DNA of 20,000 nucleotides from an uncultured virus (IMG/VR IMGVR_UViG_3300016474_001145) (IMGVR_UViG_3300016474_001145:51808-71807); one strand, 5' to 3'; counted from the first letter of the stretch, positions 1 to 10,228 are shown. The notes: generated by a model not told the origin, from the sequence alone. A program made the numbers and translations.

Positions 1-2
1 CT

Positions 3-548
3 AAAAATGATAGTGCCGCATTAGATGAACTAATTAACATGATGCAAAAAAATATTGTTCCTTTAGAATTAAAACAATATGTATTGGCAATCTTCAGAGA
101 ATATTGTAATAAAGTGAATAGTGAGTTAGCTTTAAAAATTGTAGATTTGGTTGAGAATGATAGTAAAAGTTTAGCAATACAATTCTTAAAGCAAGCATCT
201 AAAGTCAATGAACAAGCTAGTTATAAATTAGCTATGTTAGTTTTCACTGATCCTCATAGTAGCACCAGCGAAATAGAAAGTGTAATAGGGGATTTAAAGG
301 AAAGTGCCATGAGGCGCAGGATTCCTGCTATGATGAGCCTCGGAAAATATTATTTACAGATAGGCGATAATAAGAATGCTTTTAGATGGCTCTATGCTGC
401 TAGAGCAGAACATGATAAAGAAGCACAAAAATTATTAGAAGACCTAAATAAGAAAATTAGTAAAACTGAATTCAATAACTTTAAAACAGATGGTGATGCT
501 TTAGTGGATGAAATAAAATTTATAGATGAAAATCGTATGAGACAGTGA
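3..548 (+). CDS. 5'-truncated helical-repeat (Sel1/TPR-like) protein
   Basis: Frame is open from position 3, so the gene probably starts before the window; motif AMMSLGKYY...AFRWLYAA...EAQ resembles a Sel1-like repeat. Confidence 0.55.
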   Translation, partial: KNDSAALDELINMMQKNIVPLELKQYVLAIFREYCNKVNSELALKIVDLVENDSKSLAIQFLKQASKVNEQASYKLAMLVFTDPHSSTSEIESVIGDLKESAMRRRIPAMMSLGKYYLQIGDNKNAFRWLYAARAEHDKEAQKLLEDLNKKISKTEFNNFKTDGDALVDEIKFIDENRMRQ

Positions 549-722
549 TTATTTTTCTTTAACTAATTTATTAACAGCATCCCATAATGCTGTTATTTGT
601 TTATCATAATTTTTTTCAAGATAATCAAGACGCACCTTCAAGGTCACAGCATAAGCTGCTATAGCTACAACACCCGCACCTAAAAACCATAGTTTTCCTA
701 ATGCATCAGCAAGACCTTCCAT
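549..722 (-). CDS. Small membrane protein, 57 aa (not in ORF track): MEGLADALGKLWFLGAGVVAIAAYAVTLKVRLDYLEK...
   Basis: ATG at 722 just after the nuclease stop; N-terminal hydrophobic helix plus short coiled coil; TAA at 551-549 abuts the convergent gene. Confidence 0.7.
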   Translation of the reverse strand: MEGLADALGKLWFLGAGVVAIAAYAVTLKVRLDYLEKNYDKQITALWDAVNKLVKEK

Positions 723-727
723 TTTTA

Positions 728-1153
728 TTATCCTTTTAGTTCGCCTCTTTCTATTAGCTTTTGTTTATTATATTGATGTTGTTCTTGAACTAATTCTTTA
801 TTTTCGCCTTGATAAAGAACAGCATAATTATTATCAATCATCCACTGATTTAAACTAGTACCATCTTCTAAAATAAACACACCTAGTATTCTACCAAACT
901 TATCATCATTCGCATCAGATTTCATAGTTTGAATTCTTTGCCAACTTCCCACAGGTAATTTTTCTGCTACTTTCTTTTTAGAAAGTGTTCCTCTTATCTT
1001 TTCCTCGTTATTAGAAGTTCTTGATTCAGGTGTATCAATGCCCGCCATCCTAACCTTTTGATTGACAAGCATCATATTGAAGCCTAAATCAAGGTCAATC
1101 TCAACAGTATCACCGTCGACCACTTTATTAATTTTGCATCTGTAAATATACAT
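728..1153 (-). CDS. Thermonuclease (staphylococcal nuclease-like) protein
   Basis: VVDGDT, VRMAGIDTPES and DKFGRILG motifs typical of the SNase family; AGGAG RBS. Confidence 0.85.
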   Translation of the reverse strand: MYIYRCKINKVVDGDTVEIDLDLGFNMMLVNQKVRMAGIDTPESRTSNNEEKIRGTLSKKKVAEKLPVGSWQRIQTMKSDANDDKFGRILGVFILEDGTSLNQWMIDNNYAVLYQGENKELVQEQHQYNKQKLIERGELKG

Positions 1154-1161
1154 AGTTTCTC

Positions 1162-1797
1162 CTATTTGCCTTCATACATTACATCTGTTGTATCACCTAA
1201 TGCCCATTTTGGATTAGTTTCCACTCTATAGGTTTTAGTACAAACCTTAAAATCGGGGAATTTTAATTCTCTTGGATTACTTGCAGCATCCAAGAATATA
1301 CATCTGTTGTTTGGCTGTGCTGCATATTGCCCATTATCTAATTCAATAAAGTTAAAACTCTTGTGATCTTCTGGCCATTCTGCATAAGTTGTATCTATAG
1401 TGTTTGGATCAGAATGAGCATTATCTACAGTAAACATATAGCCGCCGCTGTAGAAGTTTTTATCCTTTGCATAGAATTTGCAGGTCAAATTTTTGAGAAA
1501 AGATTTTTGTAATACGGTAACATCATGAGAAAAACAATCCCAAATTTGTAATGTATCTAAGGGTAAGAATGGACCTAAATTTTCTGTCTTAGATACAAAC
1601 GCATGCAAGGGCAACTTATCATATAATGCTCCATAGTTTGGTAAATATGATTCTATTCTAAATGCTTGTCCTCTGATGGATTTAACTGTTACCCAGATAC
1701 AAGGTTCAAATTCCCCATGTCCTTTTTCAAAATCATAAAGAAATTCTCGTCTAATGTAACAATGTACAGGGGGAATATTTGCTATAAGATGTGCCAT
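1162..1797 (-). CDS. Conserved phage hypothetical protein
   Basis: 211-aa ORF coupled to the upstream gene by a TAATG overlap; no function recognised. Confidence 0.75.
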   Translation of the reverse strand: MAHLIANIPPVHCYIRREFLYDFEKGHGEFEPCIWVTVKSIRGQAFRIESYLPNYGALYDKLPLHAFVSKTENLGPFLPLDTLQIWDCFSHDVTVLQKSFLKNLTCKFYAKDKNFYSGGYMFTVDNAHSDPNTIDTTYAEWPEDHKSFNFIELDNGQYAAQPNNRCIFLDAASNPRELKFPDFKVCTKTYRVETNPKWALGDTTDVMYEGK

Positions 1798-2450
1798 TAT
1801 TTGTTTGCCAGAGGATTATCCAATGCCTTTTTAAGTTTATCATCTAACTCACGTTGTGCTGCTTTCAACTTAGAATCTATTTCTTTATTATTCGCGGCAA
1901 TGGCTTTAGAATTTTCAGCAGCCATTCTATTCATTTCTTTAGTAGCAGCATTCATAGATGCATCTGCAGATTTTTGTATGTTTCTTACTTCTGTTTTTAC
2001 TTCAGCTACCGTTCTATCTATTTCTCTTTGCTGAGTCTTATTACTTCGTTCAACATCTTCTACGGTTTTTTCGAGGCGTCTAATATCATTCTTCAAGTCA
2101 TTCTTAATATCTCTAGTATACTCGGCAGTTTTATCAGACCCCTCTTGAACTGCCTTTGCTGTCTTACTAGCATTTTCTTCTATTACAGCTAAGCGTTTAT
2201 CAAATTCTGAAAAGTCTGGAGAAACATACTCGGCAATTTTCTTCTTCATACCCATATAATCTTTATATACTTCGAATACACCATATAGTCCACCTAATGT
2301 GCTTGATACAATTGTTGCAGCTACCATTAGTTTAGCAGGAGTAAATTCATAACCGCCTATACTGATTACGGTATCTTTACTTGCATATTTCTTTGCTGCC
2401 TCTTCTAATTCATCAACCTTTTTATTTAGATCGACTTTTTCTTCTGACAT
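1797..2450 (-). CDS. Membrane-anchored coiled-coil protein
   Basis: Hydrophobic segment LMVAATIVSSTLGGLYGVF followed by a long heptad-rich region. Confidence 0.7.
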   Translation of the reverse strand: MSEEKVDLNKKVDELEEAAKKYASKDTVISIGGYEFTPAKLMVAATIVSSTLGGLYGVFEVYKDYMGMKKKIAEYVSPDFSEFDKRLAVIEENASKTAKAVQEGSDKTAEYTRDIKNDLKNDIRRLEKTVEDVERSNKTQQREIDRTVAEVKTEVRNIQKSADASMNAATKEMNRMAAENSKAIAANNKEIDSKLKAAQRELDDKLKKALDNPLANK

Positions 2451-2452
2451 GT

Positions 2453-4759
2453 TTACCTCGGTAAGTATTGTTGATCTACCATTTCTTGATGCAATTTATC
2501 ACTAGCCAATTGTCTTAATGCTCTAACATTATCTATTGTCTTTTGATTTCTATAAATTTCTTTTGGTGCATAGAACGCCGCATCATTTAAAGCAATCAAA
2601 TAAGTATTGAAACCAGCAGGAGTCCTAGCAATAGAAGCAATAGAAACACCTGCGGCTGCGTCGTTGTCTTGAACATTGGATTTTACCTGCTGTGTGTTTG
2701 TATCCCTACGATCTTGTTCAATAGTTGTAGTTTTATTTTCTATTATATCGTTTATAGGATTTGTTTTGTCTGTAGTAAAATTACTTTGTGCAGTAGGCAA
2801 CTCAATATTTGATACAGGGGCAATAGTTGTTAATTGATTGGATTGTTGAACTTCTATTGGTTGTGTCTGGGGAGGTATCAATGTTACTGTAAAATTATTA
2901 GATATTTTTATTTCTTGTTGCTGGCTCTCAGTCTTTATATCTGATACTAGTTGCGCTGGAGGTTGATACAAACTTATTGAATTAATGCTTTGTTCAGTAT
3001 TTTTACTAGGTTGCATTAAGGCAATTATCTGTGATTGCGTATTAACTTGATTTTCATTAGTTGTTATTTCCAACCCAGTTAAATTTACAATATTATTAGT
3101 TATATTTCTATTATCCATAGACACATTGACTGTATTAGTACCTCCTATTCTAGTTTCTAATGGTGTTAAATTATCTGTTTGTTTAGATGTAGTATTGACA
3201 CTAGAGGATGTTACTAAATCATTATTCTCATTGCTTGTTACTGCTTGAGTTAATGCTATAGACTCTGCTTGGTTAATGCTAACTGCTGCAGCATCATTTG
3301 CACTCTTGATTGCTTTTTGGCTAGCTTGTATCGCTATACTATTTTCTCTATTTTGATTTTGTCTTATTAGACTAAGAGCAAAATTATTATTTGCTGTATT
3401 TTGAATAGAAGATTCTGTTTGAATACTAGTAACAACTACTGAAGGATTTGTGCTATTAACATTATTCAAGGTAGTTGTAATAGTTTCTGTGGGTGTTAAG
3501 GTAGTGCTAGAAGTATTAAGCAATGCTATTTTATCTTGTTGTGCTTTTATATCAGCAATAGTTTGTCTTAAAGTTGTTTGAAAATTAGAACAGTTTGGAC
3601 TATATAAACCATTTGAATAACAAGGATCAGGAGTCCATATAGGCCTGGTCCAACCTACCCAACCAAAATGATTCCAAACATCACTCGCCCACCATTGTAT
3701 GTTACCCATGTCTAGACTGTTTCTATTTTCAGTAAATAGGTATCTGTTACTATAACTACCTCCAGAATTATTACCTGCTACATACCATTGTTGTTGAAGC
3801 ATTGTAGTATTATTTTTATCACTAATTCTAAAGTTAATATTGCCGCCACCATCAGTGCGCCAATCCGTACACCAGAACATGAATGTATTATAGCAAGCAC
3901 CGTAATTGTACCAATTAAATCCGTAATCGTAGCCATGTAAAACTACGCCACCTCCTATATGTGGTAAGGACTGAGCAATGTTATAACTATAATAAAATGT
4001 TGGGCTCTTAGATCCTTGTAGGATGTTTTGAAATCCTGGACAATTACTATTAAACGCAGGATTCAGCACACAAGGATCCACACTGTAATTGAGACGCATG
4101 TAAGCATCTTTTATTTGAGGTCCGTAGCAGTCTGGGTTACATGCCCAAAATCCACCGTCCATGCCTGTGATACTTAATCTAGCTGTGCCCACAGTGGCTA
4201 TAGGTTTAGCTCCAGCAAATGTATATGTTTCGGCTAGTTGTTGCCATACTGGATTATAAGCAGGATTGCCGTCATTGACATTCTTCAAACCCAATTGATA
4301 AACATTGGTGGCTTCGACAGTGCCATTGGGTGCCCTATAGGTAAATGTAGCATTGAGGGTATCTTGAGTAGTGCCTGTGTCACAGGTGGTACCAACTGTT
4401 TGAGCACATTGAAATCTATACTTAAACCCGTACATAATGCCAGTGGCAAACACAGCGCCGGTATTTTGGTAACCAAAGTTAATAGCCCCAAAATTAACAT
4501 CTTGTTGTATAGTACCCGAAGCATAACTAAAAATGTAACCATCTGGAGTATAAGATCCAGTCATGCCAGACGTAGTCCAGCCGGTGCCCGATGTCATTGT
4601 AGGGTTTTGTATTAGATTACCAGTGGTGCTGTCTATGCTGTAGCCACTAGGAGTATTAGGTGAGGTTTGCGCGAATGCTGAACCAACTACTAATATAAAA
4701 AAAATTAGTAAGGCTATTCCAAAACCCTTAGTCCATTTGTAATCATAATTCTTATCCAT
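2453..4759 (-). CDS. Large exported protein with signal peptide, Cys-paired beta-rich domains and low-complexity linker
   Basis: Hydrophobic signal ending AFA-Q; repeated DPC-x(7-9)-NC motif (DPCVLNPAFNSNC, DPCYSNGLYSPNC); T/N/Q/S-rich C-terminal half. Confidence 0.7.
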   Translation of the reverse strand: MDKNYDYKWTKGFGIALLIFFILVVGSAFAQTSPNTPSGYSIDSTTGNLIQNPTMTSGTGWTTSGMTGSYTPDGYIFSYASGTIQQDVNFGAINFGYQNTGAVFATGIMYGFKYRFQCAQTVGTTCDTGTTQDTLNATFTYRAPNGTVEATNVYQLGLKNVNDGNPAYNPVWQQLAETYTFAGAKPIATVGTARLSITGMDGGFWACNPDCYGPQIKDAYMRLNYSVDPCVLNPAFNSNCPGFQNILQGSKSPTFYYSYNIAQSLPHIGGGVVLHGYDYGFNWYNYGACYNTFMFWCTDWRTDGGGNINFRISDKNNTTMLQQQWYVAGNNSGGSYSNRYLFTENRNSLDMGNIQWWASDVWNHFGWVGWTRPIWTPDPCYSNGLYSPNCSNFQTTLRQTIADIKAQQDKIALLNTSSTTLTPTETITTTLNNVNSTNPSVVVTSIQTESSIQNTANNNFALSLIRQNQNRENSIAIQASQKAIKSANDAAAVSINQAESIALTQAVTSNENNDLVTSSSVNTTSKQTDNLTPLETRIGGTNTVNVSMDNRNITNNIVNLTGLEITTNENQVNTQSQIIALMQPSKNTEQSINSISLYQPPAQLVSDIKTESQQQEIKISNNFTVTLIPPQTQPIEVQQSNQLTTIAPVSNIELPTAQSNFTTDKTNPINDIIENKTTTIEQDRRDTNTQQVKSNVQDNDAAAGVSIASIARTPAGFNTYLIALNDAAFYAPKEIYRNQKTIDNVRALRQLASDKLHQEMVDQQYLPR

Positions 4760-4821
4760 ATTGAAATCCTGGTATTATAGCTAGTATCATTAGACAAAAT
4801 AATAATATCCAATTTACAAAT

Positions 4822-6195
4822 TTATCTCGCATTGTATGCTATTTCTTTTTCAGTTTTATAGTCATATTTTGGAACCTTATTAGGATTTTTTTCCCATAAT
4901 TCTTTAGCTTGTTCACCAATTTTGCCCTCATATGGGCAAGGTGTACCAGCAGCCATCATTGCTTCCCATACTCTTCTGTCTTGACACATTGTTGCAACTG
5001 CAGCAACTTTCATACCCATATCGTAAAGTGTTTTACTTAACTTTAGTCTTTCACAGTTTAAATCTCTACTTGTTCCTCCTAGTGCCATGCCTAAAAATTG
5101 AGTTTGTACTGCACCTGATTGTCCTGTAGTACAAAGATCAGCTCCTCCCCCGCTCATCATTGCTGGCGCTATAGCAGTAGGGGGAGGTTGAATTACTCTT
5201 TGTGTTATAGTTGTTTCATTGATATTTCTATTTGTCATATCACCAGTTTGAATATTCTGATTAACCGCTGTGCTAGTATTAACATTTGTATTTTGATTGT
5301 TAGATGTTGATACTGAGGTGGAATTGTTTATATTTCTATTTGTCATATCACCAGTTTGAATATTATTGTTTGTATTAGTTGTAGTAGCAGTCGTATTGTT
5401 TATATTTCTATTTGTCATATCACCAGTTTGAATATTATTGTTTGTGTTTACGTTTGTAGATGTACTAGTATTATTATTGTTATATGTCATAGTGCCAGTA
5501 TTTACATTTTCATTTTTACTAACACTATTCGATACATTAATATTTGTATTTTTATTGTCACTAACACTAGTTGATGTATTAATATTTCTATTTGTCATAT
5601 CACCAGTTTGAATATTATAGTTTGTGGCTGTACTCGTGTTTACGTTGTTATTGTTATAAGTCACAGTGCCGGACATTATGGTTCTATTAGTATTGTCACT
5701 AGTAGTAGTGTTAATATTACGATTTGTCATATCGCCTGTTTGAATATTATTGTTTGTATTCACATTGATACTATTTGACGTACTTACATTATTGTTATTA
5801 AAGGTTTGCGTACCAGTATTTACATTGTTATTAGTGTAAGTTACGGATCCACTCATAACATTGTTATTAGTTACTGTTCCGCTTTGGATATTATTATTAG
5901 TATTTACATTTGTCGAAGTACTAGTATTCACGTTATTATTTGTGCTTGTACTATTTACTGTACTATTATTGGTATTAGTGCTTGTACTCACACTAGTATT
6001 ATTGGTTTGAACGGAACTTGTACTATTAGATGTTGAATTAGTGTCTACTAAACTTTTGGAATCATAGGCACCTTGATTAATTGGGTTAATTGTGCTGGTA
6101 GTAGTACCATTAGTAGTTACTTGTGTACTTACATTTTGAGCAAAAACATTAGATACTGCTAATAATAAAAGCGCCGCAATCGCCGCTCTTAGCAT
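4822..6195 (-). CDS. Exported Asn/Thr-rich repeat protein with Cys-containing C-terminal domain
   Basis: Signal peptide MLRAAIAALLLLAVSNVFA-Q; five IQTGDMTNRNIN repeats; C-terminal domain with 4 Cys; AGGAG RBS. Confidence 0.8.
   Translation of the reverse strand: MLRAAIAALLLLAVSNVFAQNVSTQVTTNGTTTSTINPINQGAYDSKSLVDTNSTSNSTSSVQTNNTSVSTSTNTNNSTVNSTSTNNNVNTSTSTNVNTNNNIQSGTVTNNNVMSGSVTYTNNNVNTGTQTFNNNNVSTSNSINVNTNNNIQTGDMTNRNINTTTSDNTNRTIMSGTVTYNNNNVNTSTATNYNIQTGDMTNRNINTSTSVSDNKNTNINVSNSVSKNENVNTGTMTYNNNNTSTSTNVNTNNNIQTGDMTNRNINNTTATTTNTNNNIQTGDMTNRNINNSTSVSTSNNQNTNVNTSTAVNQNIQTGDMTNRNINETTITQRVIQPPPTAIAPAMMSGGGADLCTTGQSGAVQTQFLGMALGGTSRDLNCERLKLSKTLYDMGMKVAAVATMCQDRRVWEAMMAAGTPCPYEGKIGEQAKELWEKNPNKVPKYDYKTEKEIAYNAR
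5222..5748. repeat. Intragenic 35-bp direct repeats (4 identical, 1 variant)
   Basis: atatttctatttgtcatatcaccagtttgaatatt at 5222, 5330, 5402 and 5582; synonymous variant at 5714. Confidence 0.9.
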
Positions 6196-6305
6196 TTAGA
6201 TCTCCTAATTTCGTTAAAAGAACAAAATCAATATCGCAAAATCAGGATTACTACATAAATATTATATGCACAGGCATATTATGATTTAATTGATCAACCT
6301 ATCTA

Positions 6306-6334
6306 TTGACCATTCATTCAATAATATTTATAAT
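6306..6334 (+). promoter_or_regulatory. Sigma70-type promoter for DNA polymerase operon
   Basis: TTGACC(6306-6311)-17 bp-TATAAT(6329-6334). Confidence 0.75.
6325..6332 (-). promoter_or_regulatory. T4-type late promoter (TATAAATA) for leftward operon
   Basis: tatttata on + strand = TATAAATA on - strand, upstream of the 6195 start. Confidence 0.6.
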
Positions 6335-6357
6335 ATAGAATCCAATGGAGATTCTTG

Positions 6358-8847
6358 ATGCGCTTTTACACTAATGTAGTACAATTTGGTAACAGAATCC
6401 TCGTCCGAGGAATAAATAATGGCAAACAAGTACAGGATCGTGTTGATTTCAGCCCCTGTCTTTTCGTCAGAAGTCCTAAACCCTCAAATTACAAATCATT
6501 ATTTGGTCAAAATCTAGAACAGATTGACTTTGAATCAATCAATGAAGCAAAAGATTTTGTAAAAAGATATAAGGAAGTACAAGACTTTCCGATATTTGGT
6601 AATACCAATTTCGCCTATCAGTACATAACCAGATCATTTCCTAACGATATTGATTTTGATATTAGCCAGATTAAAATTTGGACAATAGACATCGAGACAT
6701 CTGCAGAATTAGGATTCCCAGATGTTAATGATCCGTTAGAAGAAGTTTTATTGATCACTATTCAAGATTATAATACGAAGGATATTATTTCTTGGGGGTC
6801 TAAACACTGCGAAGCAATTAAAGAAAATCATAAGTATATTCGTTGTAAAGATGAATATGATTTATTGAAAAAGTTTATTGAACATATATCATTAGATTAT
6901 CCCCATATTATTACTGGCTGGAACATTGAGTTTTTTGATATTCCATATCTTTGCAATCGAATTAGAAAGATTCTTGGTGAAGATTCAATGAAACAATTAT
7001 CACCGTGGAATATAGTAAACCAAAGAGAAATATCTCGTTTCAAGAGTATGGAAACGGTATTTGATATTATGGGTGTTTCTATTTTAGATTATCTAGATTT
7101 GTATAAGAAGTTTACATACACAGCACAGGAATCCTACAAATTAGATCACATTGCAAAAGTAGAACTTGGAAAAGAAAAATTATCATATGCCGAATATGAT
7201 TCATTTAGAATGTTCTATAAGAATAATTGGCAAAAGTTTGTTGAGTATAACGTAGTTGACGTTGAACTTGTAGATCAACTTGAAGATAAGATGAAGTTGA
7301 TTGAATTGATTCTCACAATGGCATATGATGCTAAGTGTAATTATGTAGATGTATTCTCAGCTGTTAGAACCTGGGATTGTATTCTATGGAATCATCTGTG
7401 GAAAAAGAATATAGTGGTTCACCAAAGAGATGAGTCTAGAAAGGGTCGACAGATTGAAGGGGCATTTGTACAAGAACCAGTACCAGGAAAATATGATTGG
7501 GTAGTATCATTTGATGCGACTAGTCTTTATCCAAGTATTATCATGCAGTATAATCTTTCCCCGGAGACATTAGTACCAGGCGGGGCAGATGTAACCGTTA
7601 ATTCATTAATAAGTAAAGATCATACTCTGGATTCTCTAAGAGAGGATAATCTTTGTATGACGGCAAATGGTTACAGATTTAAAACAGACAAGCAAGGAAT
7701 TTTTCCAGAGATCGTACAGAAGTTATTTGACGATCGACAAAAGTATAAGAAGTTAATGATTTCTGCTCAAAAGAAATATGAGGAAACAAAAGATAAGTTA
7801 TATCAGAAGGATATTGCCAAATTCAATAATTTTCAGATGGCAAGAAAAATTCAATTGAATTCTCTCTTTGGAGCATGGGGTAACGAATTTTTTCGTTTCT
7901 ACGATGACCGAATAGCTGAGGGGATTACAATCACTGGGCAGTATATCATTAGAACTGTAGGTAAAGCTCTCAATGAATACCTTAATAAGATTTGTGGTAG
8001 TAACGATTATATCTATTCTTTCTATTCAGATACTGATGCATGTTATATTACGCTTGATCCCTTAGTGCAGAAATTCTATAAAGATATGCCAAGGGAAAAG
8101 GTAGTAGAAATACTTGACAAAATCTGTGATGAGAAAATAGAAAAGGCAATCAATAAGGCATGTGATGATCTCATGTCTTATACCAATGCCTTTGAAAGAA
8201 AGGTATACTTCAAACGAGAAGTTATTGCCGATCGAGGTATCTGGGTAGCAAAGAAAAGATATGCTTTGAATGTTTACAATAATGAGGGCGTTCAGTATAA
8301 GGAACCAAAGCTAAAGGTCATGGGATTGGAAATAGTTAGATCATCCACACCTGAACCAATTAGAGATGCTCTAAGAGAGGCAGTTAAATTGGCTTTGACA
8401 AAAACAGAAGCCCATATTCAAAAGTACATTCGAGAGTTTGAGGAAGAGTATAAGACTCTTAGAGCAGAGGACATTGCTTTTCCTAGAGGTGTGAATGGAT
8501 TAGAAAAATATACCGATAGAGCAAATATCTATCGTCAAGGTACTCCGATGCATGTCAGAGGATCCTTATTATATAACTATCATCTTAAAGATAAAAAATT
8601 AGAAAAGAAATATGAATTGATACAAGAAGGGGATAAGATCAAATTTTTATATTTGAAAGAACCAAATATAATTGGCGAGAATTGTATCGCATTTGTTTCT
8701 TCCATTCCTGAAGAATTACAATTGACAAAATACGTCGATTATAATATAATGTTCGAGAAGTCGTTCCTTGAACCATTAACAACTATTCTAAATGGTATCG
8801 GTTGGTCAGCAAAACCAAAAGCTACTTTAGAAGGGTTATTTGCTTAA
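6358..8847 (+). CDS. 43: Family B DNA polymerase (T4 gp43-like)
   Basis: Exo motifs IDIET and GWNIEFFDIPY; pol motifs FDATSLYPS, KIQLNSLFG, YSDTD, KKRYAL; C-terminal clamp-binding LEGLF; GGAG RBS before ATG 6358. Confidence 0.97.
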   Translation: MRFYTNVVQFGNRILVRGINNGKQVQDRVDFSPCLFVRSPKPSNYKSLFGQNLEQIDFESINEAKDFVKRYKEVQDFPIFGNTNFAYQYITRSFPNDIDFDISQIKIWTIDIETSAELGFPDVNDPLEEVLLITIQDYNTKDIISWGSKHCEAIKENHKYIRCKDEYDLLKKFIEHISLDYPHIITGWNIEFFDIPYLCNRIRKILGEDSMKQLSPWNIVNQREISRFKSMETVFDIMGVSILDYLDLYKKFTYTAQESYKLDHIAKVELGKEKLSYAEYDSFRMFYKNNWQKFVEYNVVDVELVDQLEDKMKLIELILTMAYDAKCNYVDVFSAVRTWDCILWNHLWKKNIVVHQRDESRKGRQIEGAFVQEPVPGKYDWVVSFDATSLYPSIIMQYNLSPETLVPGGADVTVNSLISKDHTLDSLREDNLCMTANGYRFKTDKQGIFPEIVQKLFDDRQKYKKLMISAQKKYEETKDKLYQKDIAKFNNFQMARKIQLNSLFGAWGNEFFRFYDDRIAEGITITGQYIIRTVGKALNEYLNKICGSNDYIYSFYSDTDACYITLDPLVQKFYKDMPREKVVEILDKICDEKIEKAINKACDDLMSYTNAFERKVYFKREVIADRGIWVAKKRYALNVYNNEGVQYKEPKLKVMGLEIVRSSTPEPIRDALREAVKLALTKTEAHIQKYIREFEEEYKTLRAEDIAFPRGVNGLEKYTDRANIYRQGTPMHVRGSLLYNYHLKDKKLEKKYELIQEGDKIKFLYLKEPNIIGENCIAFVSSIPEELQLTKYVDYNIMFEKSFLEPLTTILNGIGWSAKPKATLEGLFA

Positions 8848-8859
8848 TACGGAGTTAAT

Positions 8860-9921
8860 ATGTCGCTATTAGAAAAGTTAAAAAAGAATTCTACAATTAA
8901 AGAAACAGAGATACTGAGTAAATCCAAATTTTTCTCCAAGAAGGATATGATTCAGACATCGGTGCCAATGATGAATGTGGCTTTGTCTGGGAGTTTAGAG
9001 GGAGGATTAACTCCAGGCTTAACTGTATTTGCCGGACCATCCAAACATTTTAAAACTGCTTTCTCATTACTTTGCGCAAAGGCGTACTTAGATAAATATG
9101 AAGATGCTATTGTTCTATTTTATGATTCTGAGTTTGGTAGCCCTCAGTCTTACTTTGATAATTTCGGTATCGACCCAGCCCGTGTTCTTCATACGCCCAT
9201 AACAGATATCGAACAGTTAAAGTTTGATAGTATGCAACAGATCAATAATATTGAGCGCGGTGATCATGTTATGATTGTAGTTGATTCCGTTGGCAACCTA
9301 GCATCAAAGAAAGAAGTTGAGGATGCTTTAGAAGGTAAATCGGTCGCGGATATGACTCGTGCTAAACAGATGAAGTCATTATTTAGAATGGTAACACCTC
9401 ATCTAACAATCAAAGACATTCCAATGATTGTTGTGAATCATACGTATGCAGAGATTGGATTGTTCCCTAAACAGATTGTTTCTGGGGGCACAGGAATTTA
9501 TTACTCAGCAGACAACATCTTTATCATTGGTCGTCAACAAGAAAAAGATGGAACAGATGTTGTGGGATTTAACTTTATTATGAATGTAGAAAAATCTAGA
9601 TTCGTAAGAGAGAAGTCTAAGATTCCTATTGAAGTATCTTTCGAGGGCGGTATCAGCACATGGTCTGGTTTACTAGATGTTGCTATGGACGGAGGCTTTG
9701 TAGTTAAACCTAGTAATGGTTGGTATGCCCACAAAGGATCAGAGAAAAAGTATAGGCAAAAAGATACATATACAAAAGAGTTTTGGTTGCCTATTTTAAC
9801 TAATAAAGAGTTTCGTGATTACATAGAATCCCAATATAAGATTGCTGGTACAGATATGGTTAGAAATCAATTATCAGACGAAGAATTAAACGAGGAGTTC
9901 GAAAATGCCAGTGAGTTATAA
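8860..9921 (+). CDS. uvsX: RecA-like recombinase UvsX
   Basis: FAGPSKHFKT Walker A, YDSEFG, VADMTRAK and SGGTG motifs; T4-like synteny. Confidence 0.95.
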   Translation: MSLLEKLKKNSTIKETEILSKSKFFSKKDMIQTSVPMMNVALSGSLEGGLTPGLTVFAGPSKHFKTAFSLLCAKAYLDKYEDAIVLFYDSEFGSPQSYFDNFGIDPARVLHTPITDIEQLKFDSMQQINNIERGDHVMIVVDSVGNLASKKEVEDALEGKSVADMTRAKQMKSLFRMVTPHLTIKDIPMIVVNHTYAEIGLFPKQIVSGGTGIYYSADNIFIIGRQQEKDGTDVVGFNFIMNVEKSRFVREKSKIPIEVSFEGGISTWSGLLDVAMDGGFVVKPSNGWYAHKGSEKKYRQKDTYTKEFWLPILTNKEFRDYIESQYKIAGTDMVRNQLSDEELNEEFENASEL

Positions 9922-10228
9922 ACTCTACACATTTAATGCAGAATTGATGGTTGAGGTATTGGACGGAGAATTTGCCTCTTCACGGTTTACTATTAAAAAT
10001 GTGAAGGGGAATTCTAAAGGGGACGGAGTTACTTTGGAATATGATATCTTTTCCCAGTGGCATCATCTTACTGAGGGGAAGAATGAATATGATCTTTATA
10101 GCCAACCCTTTAAAGATATTCTAAGTCAGGTTGCAAATGATTTACTAACTAATCTAGTTGATATTCGAGTAAAAATAATTAACAAGGAAATTGAGGAATA
10201 TGTTATACAGCCCTTGGCACAAGAGTGA
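9905..10228 (+). CDS. Small protein in the gene-40 position (paralogue 1)
   Basis: GAGGAG RBS; lies between uvsX and 41; shares a GEFA motif with the next ORF. Confidence 0.65.
   Translation: MPVSYKLYTFNAELMVEVLDGEFASSRFTIKNVKGNSKGDGVTLEYDIFSQWHHLTEGKNEYDLYSQPFKDILSQVANDLLTNLVDIRVKIINKEIEEYVIQPLAQE

Noticed and set aside
5222..5748. CRISPR or diversity-generating retroelement interpretation of the 35-bp repeats
   Set aside because: In-frame coding repeats with irregular spacing; no reverse transcriptase gene in the window.
1666..6036. Plus-strand ORFs (1666, 1854, 4238, 4932, 5119, 5356, 5806) and nested minus-strand ORF 4285-4542
   Set aside because: Shadow or alternative frames of longer, well-supported minus-strand genes.
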